A stretch of 64,000 bases of DNA. Source: Anaerolineae bacterium (GTDB lineage: Bacteria; Chloroflexota; Anaerolineae; UBA1429). Made by a program: the position numbers and the translations under genes. The stretch spans positions 30,057-94,056 of the forward strand of contig JAXGNH010000005.1 of the NCBI GenBank assembly GCA_040768165.1. The letters are read 5' to 3'. The notes beneath the pieces were generated by a model that saw nothing but the letters and a program-made list of their open reading frames with translations, searched no databases and was not told the DNA's origin. Positions 60,083-64,000 of the stretch are shown here, in pieces (position 1 is the first letter of the stretch; every line of letters begins with the position of its first letter).

Positions 60083-62124
60083 CTATCGTTCTCCGTAGAA
60101 AGCTAGAAAGGCCGGCGTCCCATCGTACTTGGCGTGCGGCAACACGATACTGCGCGCAAAGGCGGCGCGCAACGTGTCCAGCGCCGCCGCGTCTTGCGGA
60201 TGCACGATCACCATGACCTTGCCGGGCCGCCCATCGAGGGGGGGCTCACCGGGCGCCAACTCCGTCAGTTCGATATCCCACTCTTCCGGCGTGCGGCCCA
60301 ACTGGACGCGCACGGCGTTGCCGTCGTACCAGTGGGGCGCCGTGAGGATGTAGGACCCGCCCGCATTGCCAAACGCCTCGATGGCGCGCGCCATCTCCAG
60401 CGAGATGGAATAGTTGTGGTCGGGCTGCTGCCAAACATAGTCGCGAAAATACGCGGTATACGTCGCTCGCGTCTCGCCCCCCAAGAGGAGGGCGGCGCCG
60501 ATAGCCAGCAGAGCGCCTCCCGCGCACCGCGCCACGGGACGCACCGCCGACATGGTCAGCGCCTCGGAAACGGCCGCGCCCAGCGCCCGCCGCGCCTGCA
60601 CCAGCCCCAGCGCCGCCAGCAGCATCGCCGCGGGCAGCGCCCCGATGGACCGCACCGCGCTCGGCACCTCGTGGGGAAAGGCCAGCGCCAGGATCGAGGG
60701 CAGGAGCATGACGCCCAGCCCGCTCAGGAGCGCCAGCCCGCCGTCGCGCCAGCGCCACAGGCAGCACCCGATCCCCAGCACGAAACCCACCGCCGGCACG
60801 AAACCGAGTTGCCGCAGGAAGGCGACGTTGGTCGTAAAGACGGCATCCCCCTCATAGGTGAACATCGCCAGGGCGCGCCCGGCGTTGCGCCCGAGTGTGC
60901 CGAGGAGGTCCCCCGGCAGGGGCTGCTCCAGATCGGTGAGGCGCGTCGCCACGCGATAGGTGTACTGGAACGGCTCGTCGTAGGCGTAGCGCGCCAGCGG
61001 GATCAGCACCCACGCCGCCGTCACCGCCAGCAGCGCCAGCCCCGGCCCGTGCGATGCCACCCTCCGCCATCCGCCGGACAGCGCCTCGTCCAGCAGGAGA
61101 AGCACCACCAGCAACGGCAAGACCATAGCCGCATTGTACGTATAAAAGGCCGAACCGAGAAAAAGCCCCGCCAGCGCATAGAATGTGCGGCCGCCCGTGC
61201 GCGTCGCCCGCGCCAACGACAGCCACAGGAGCGCCAACACCGGCGGCAGCACTGCGGCGCGATAGCCCATACGCGTCAGGATGACGTGCCAGTGGCTGAC
61301 GGCCAGCAGGCACGCCGCCACCAGCCCCACCTCGCGGTCGCACAGCTCCCTGCCCAACAGGTAGACGAGGGGCACCGTCAGCACGCCGATGAGCACCGCC
61401 GCCACCTTGATGGTCGTGTGGCTCAGGCCCATGACGGCGGCTAGGGGCGCCGCCAGGTAGAAAAAGAGCCCCTCCCTTCCCGGATGGGAAGGAAAAAAGA
61501 CGGGCAGCTCGCCGCTGAGGATCTGGCGGATGTTGTCATAGTTGTGGGGCAGATCGCAGCCCATCTCCAGCGGCACCTCGCCGATGCGGTAGAGCCGGAG
61601 AAAGGCCGCCAACGCCATGGCCGCCAGCAGCGCCAGGTGCCGCCAACGGACGCGAAAGCCGCCATCGTGCCAGCACCGGTGTAGCGCGTCCAGGGCGCGG
61701 CGCGCCGCGCCCCGCGGCCAAGCGGCCATCCCGAGGACGGCGAACCCCGGGAGCCACGTCACCAGCGCCAGGGCGCTGAAGCGGTTGCCGGCGAACCGGT
61801 AGAAAGCGGCCGCCCCGAGGACGGCCAGGCTGGCGAGGGCGGCGGTGTCGCGCGCCGTCCACGCCAGGCGGGGCGCCGGCGCGCCGCCTCCCGGCATACG
61901 CCCCGACAACGCCCGCCACGGGCGGCTCGCCGCCCCCATGGCCACCGCCGCCGTTACCGAGGCGCCCCCCGCGATGCCGGGGGCCAGGCGCCGGTCGAGC
62001 GCCCACTGGGCGAGCAGGGCCAGGGCGACGCCCGCGCCGGCGAGAGCACCGCGCAGGGCGGCCGGCGGGAGGAGCACTCGCCCGCGCCGCCCGCTGGTCG
62101 CTCTCGGTTCCCTCGCCCAGCCAT
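60083..62124 (-). CDS. GT39/ArnT-like (PMT_2) glycosyltransferase; start uncertain, probable frameshift near the 5' end
   Basis: LRLYRIGEVPLEMGCD, FF...PGREGLFFY, SHWHVILTRMGYR, YTY, PSAVR. ATG 62124 has a GAGGT RBS but is out of frame; an in-frame GTG lies at 62077. Confidence 0.7.
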
Positions 62125-62136
62125 GGGATGTCCACC

Positions 62137-64000
62137 TCACTCCAGCGGTTCGTAGGCCGTGAACAGGATGCCGCCCGCGGCGTCGCGAAATCTCGCGCAG
62201 CTCCCCCGCCGGATAGCGCCGCCGCACCGCCTCGATCTCGGCGGCGCGCTCGGGAAGCAGGACGAACACCGGCTCACCGTTGGCCGGCGGCAGCTGCGCG
62301 GGATCACTCAGCGGCTCCAGCACGTCCGAGCCCCGCAGGTCGCGCGCCAGGAAGGGGATGGTGGCGAACCCCAGGTAGATGCGTGGCGCCCCGAATAAGT
62401 AGCAGTAGCGCCCCGGCCCCAGGGAGCGCAGGTACAGGCCCACGCGGTGCGCCACCTCCGTGTTCGCGCCGCCATAGACGTGGGACGGCGTGTAGCGCCC
62501 CAGGTAAAAGTAGGCGCTCTGACAGGTGATGAGCGTCACCACCACCAACGATGCCGCCACCGCTTCGGCCTGAGAGCGCCCCAACGCCCAGCGCGCCAGG
62601 GAGGAGACCTCCACCGCACCCAGCGCCACCATGATCGCCACGGGAGGAATCGCCAGCACGAGTCGGGCGCTGCTCGGCGGGTTCTCCAGGAGTGCCCCCC
62701 CAAAGACGATCACCAGGGCGATCCAGGCCACGAGCAACCCGTACTCGGCCCGGCGAAAGCGGCGCGCCGCCACCACCAGCCCCACGCTAAAGAGGACGGC
62801 GGCGGCGAACCCCAGGAGCGGCACCCCGGGCCGGTAGTGAAACGTGGGATCGGGGAAAAAGTGGAACGCCAGCGCCGCCTTGAGGAACTGGGTCCCCATG
62901 ATGCTCAGCGGCGTGCGCCCCGTGCGCTCCGCCTCGGTGGCGAGGGCATCGTTGGCCAGCATGCTGGTGAGCTTCCAGCGGGCCGTGAACAGCTGCGGCG
63001 CGGTGCGAAAGTGGGCCAACAATGGGAGCGCCGCAACCAGCGCGCAGAGCGCCATCACTGCCAGCAGGGGGGCCGCCCGTCGCCAATACCCCGTGTCGCG
63101 CCGCCCTCGCAGCCAGAGCCCCACGAACAGCACCAGCGGGATGAGGCGCGCCCCCATGTAAAAGTACCACGCCATCCCCAAAAAGACGCCACCCACGGCG
63201 GCCAGCGCCGGCCGCCGCTCGTCCACCCCCCACAGGCTCAAGTAGAGGGCGCCCAGGGCAAAGAACGGGTCCCAGATGTTGTTCAGCGCCAGGCGCCCAT
63301 AGTGGATGGCATAGTGATAGCCCGCAAAGAACAGCGCCGACAGGCCCGCCACCCAACGGCCGAACCAACGGCGCGCCAGCAGATACAGGAGCACCAGCGT
63401 CGGGACCGCCACCAGCGCCGAGGGGAGGCGTAGCGCCGCCACCGTCACGCCGAACAGCCGCAGCGAGGCGGCCTGCAAGAAAAAGTAGAGGGTGGGGTGC
63501 GAGAGCCAGCCGGTGATAAAGGGGTTGGTGCGCGTGCCCTCCATGACGCCCACCGCCTCCAGTCCCATGGAGGCCTCGTCGCCCGACAGGACGTAGGGGA
63601 TCGTCTCGAGACGCACGACGCAGCAGGAGCGCCGCCAGCGCGACCCGTCACCAGCGCCGCCTCCCGATGCCGGAGCAGCGCCGCTGCCGTCCCTCGCAGG
63701 CGCGCCGGCACGGTGCGCCACGACACGAGGGCCCCCACGGAGAGCCACCGCCCCCGCCCAGATCGCCAGCAGGTCCCAGCGCGGGGCATCCACCGGCCGC
63801 GCCGAGGCCATGGCGGCCGCATAGGCGCTCGCCACCGGCGCGGCGAGCATGGCAGCCGCCCGTAGGCGGCTGCGGCCGAGCAGCCTCCAGAGCTGCGCCA
63901 CGAACCCCTCCGCTGGCGCGGGCCGGGGCGCGCCCGCCTCCCGGCGCGTCATGGCCGCCGCCAGGAGCCCACCCGCCGCTAGGTAGAGCACGATGCCGTC
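62137..64000 (-). CDS. GT39/ArnT-like (PMT_2) glycosyltransferase, 5'-truncated by the window, with apparent indels
   Basis: IPYVLSGDEASMG, NPFITGWLSHPTLYF, LRLPSA, IHYGR, YFYMGAR, PPSSAR; natural end ELRE/FRDAAGGILFTAYEPLE* at 62137 needs a 1-nt shift. Confidence 0.72.

Noticed and set aside
60083-63991. Single 1302-aa tandem glycosyltransferase
   Set aside because: The junction and N-terminal parts read as off-frame sequence; better explained as two genes plus indels

Overview
High-GC bacterial chromosomal window, most likely Chloroflexota (Anaerolineae-like; inferred from DUF2298/TIGR03663 genes and solute-binding protein style). From left to right: a glgX-treY-treZ glycogen-to-trehalose operon; a secreted BNR-repeat protein; an Fpg/Nei-like glycosylase; several sugar oxidoreductases and an aldolase; an AsnB-like ligase behind a ~500-nt structured leader; a convergent hybrid kinase/response regulator pair; a sugar ABC + dehydratase + sulfatase + atypical enolase catabolic cluster; two deletion-scarred pseudogenes; a tRNA nucleotidyltransferase, Nudix, korDABC, HAD and sucCD; and a >19-kb locus of about eight GT-C-type membrane glycosyltransferase modules (GT39-like, DUF2298/Chlor_Arch_YYY, TIGR03663). 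That last locus is the best candidate for an uncharacterised system. Intergenic DNA carries many families of short palindromic repeats: GTAG-type REPs, a BIME-like array, a MITE with TIRs and a target-site duplication, and nested 7-/9-mer hairpins. Two REP copies are inserted in frame in sucC. I found no tRNA, rRNA, CRISPR array or transposase. The last ~2 kb shows probable indel errors. All family calls come from motif recognition, not database searches.
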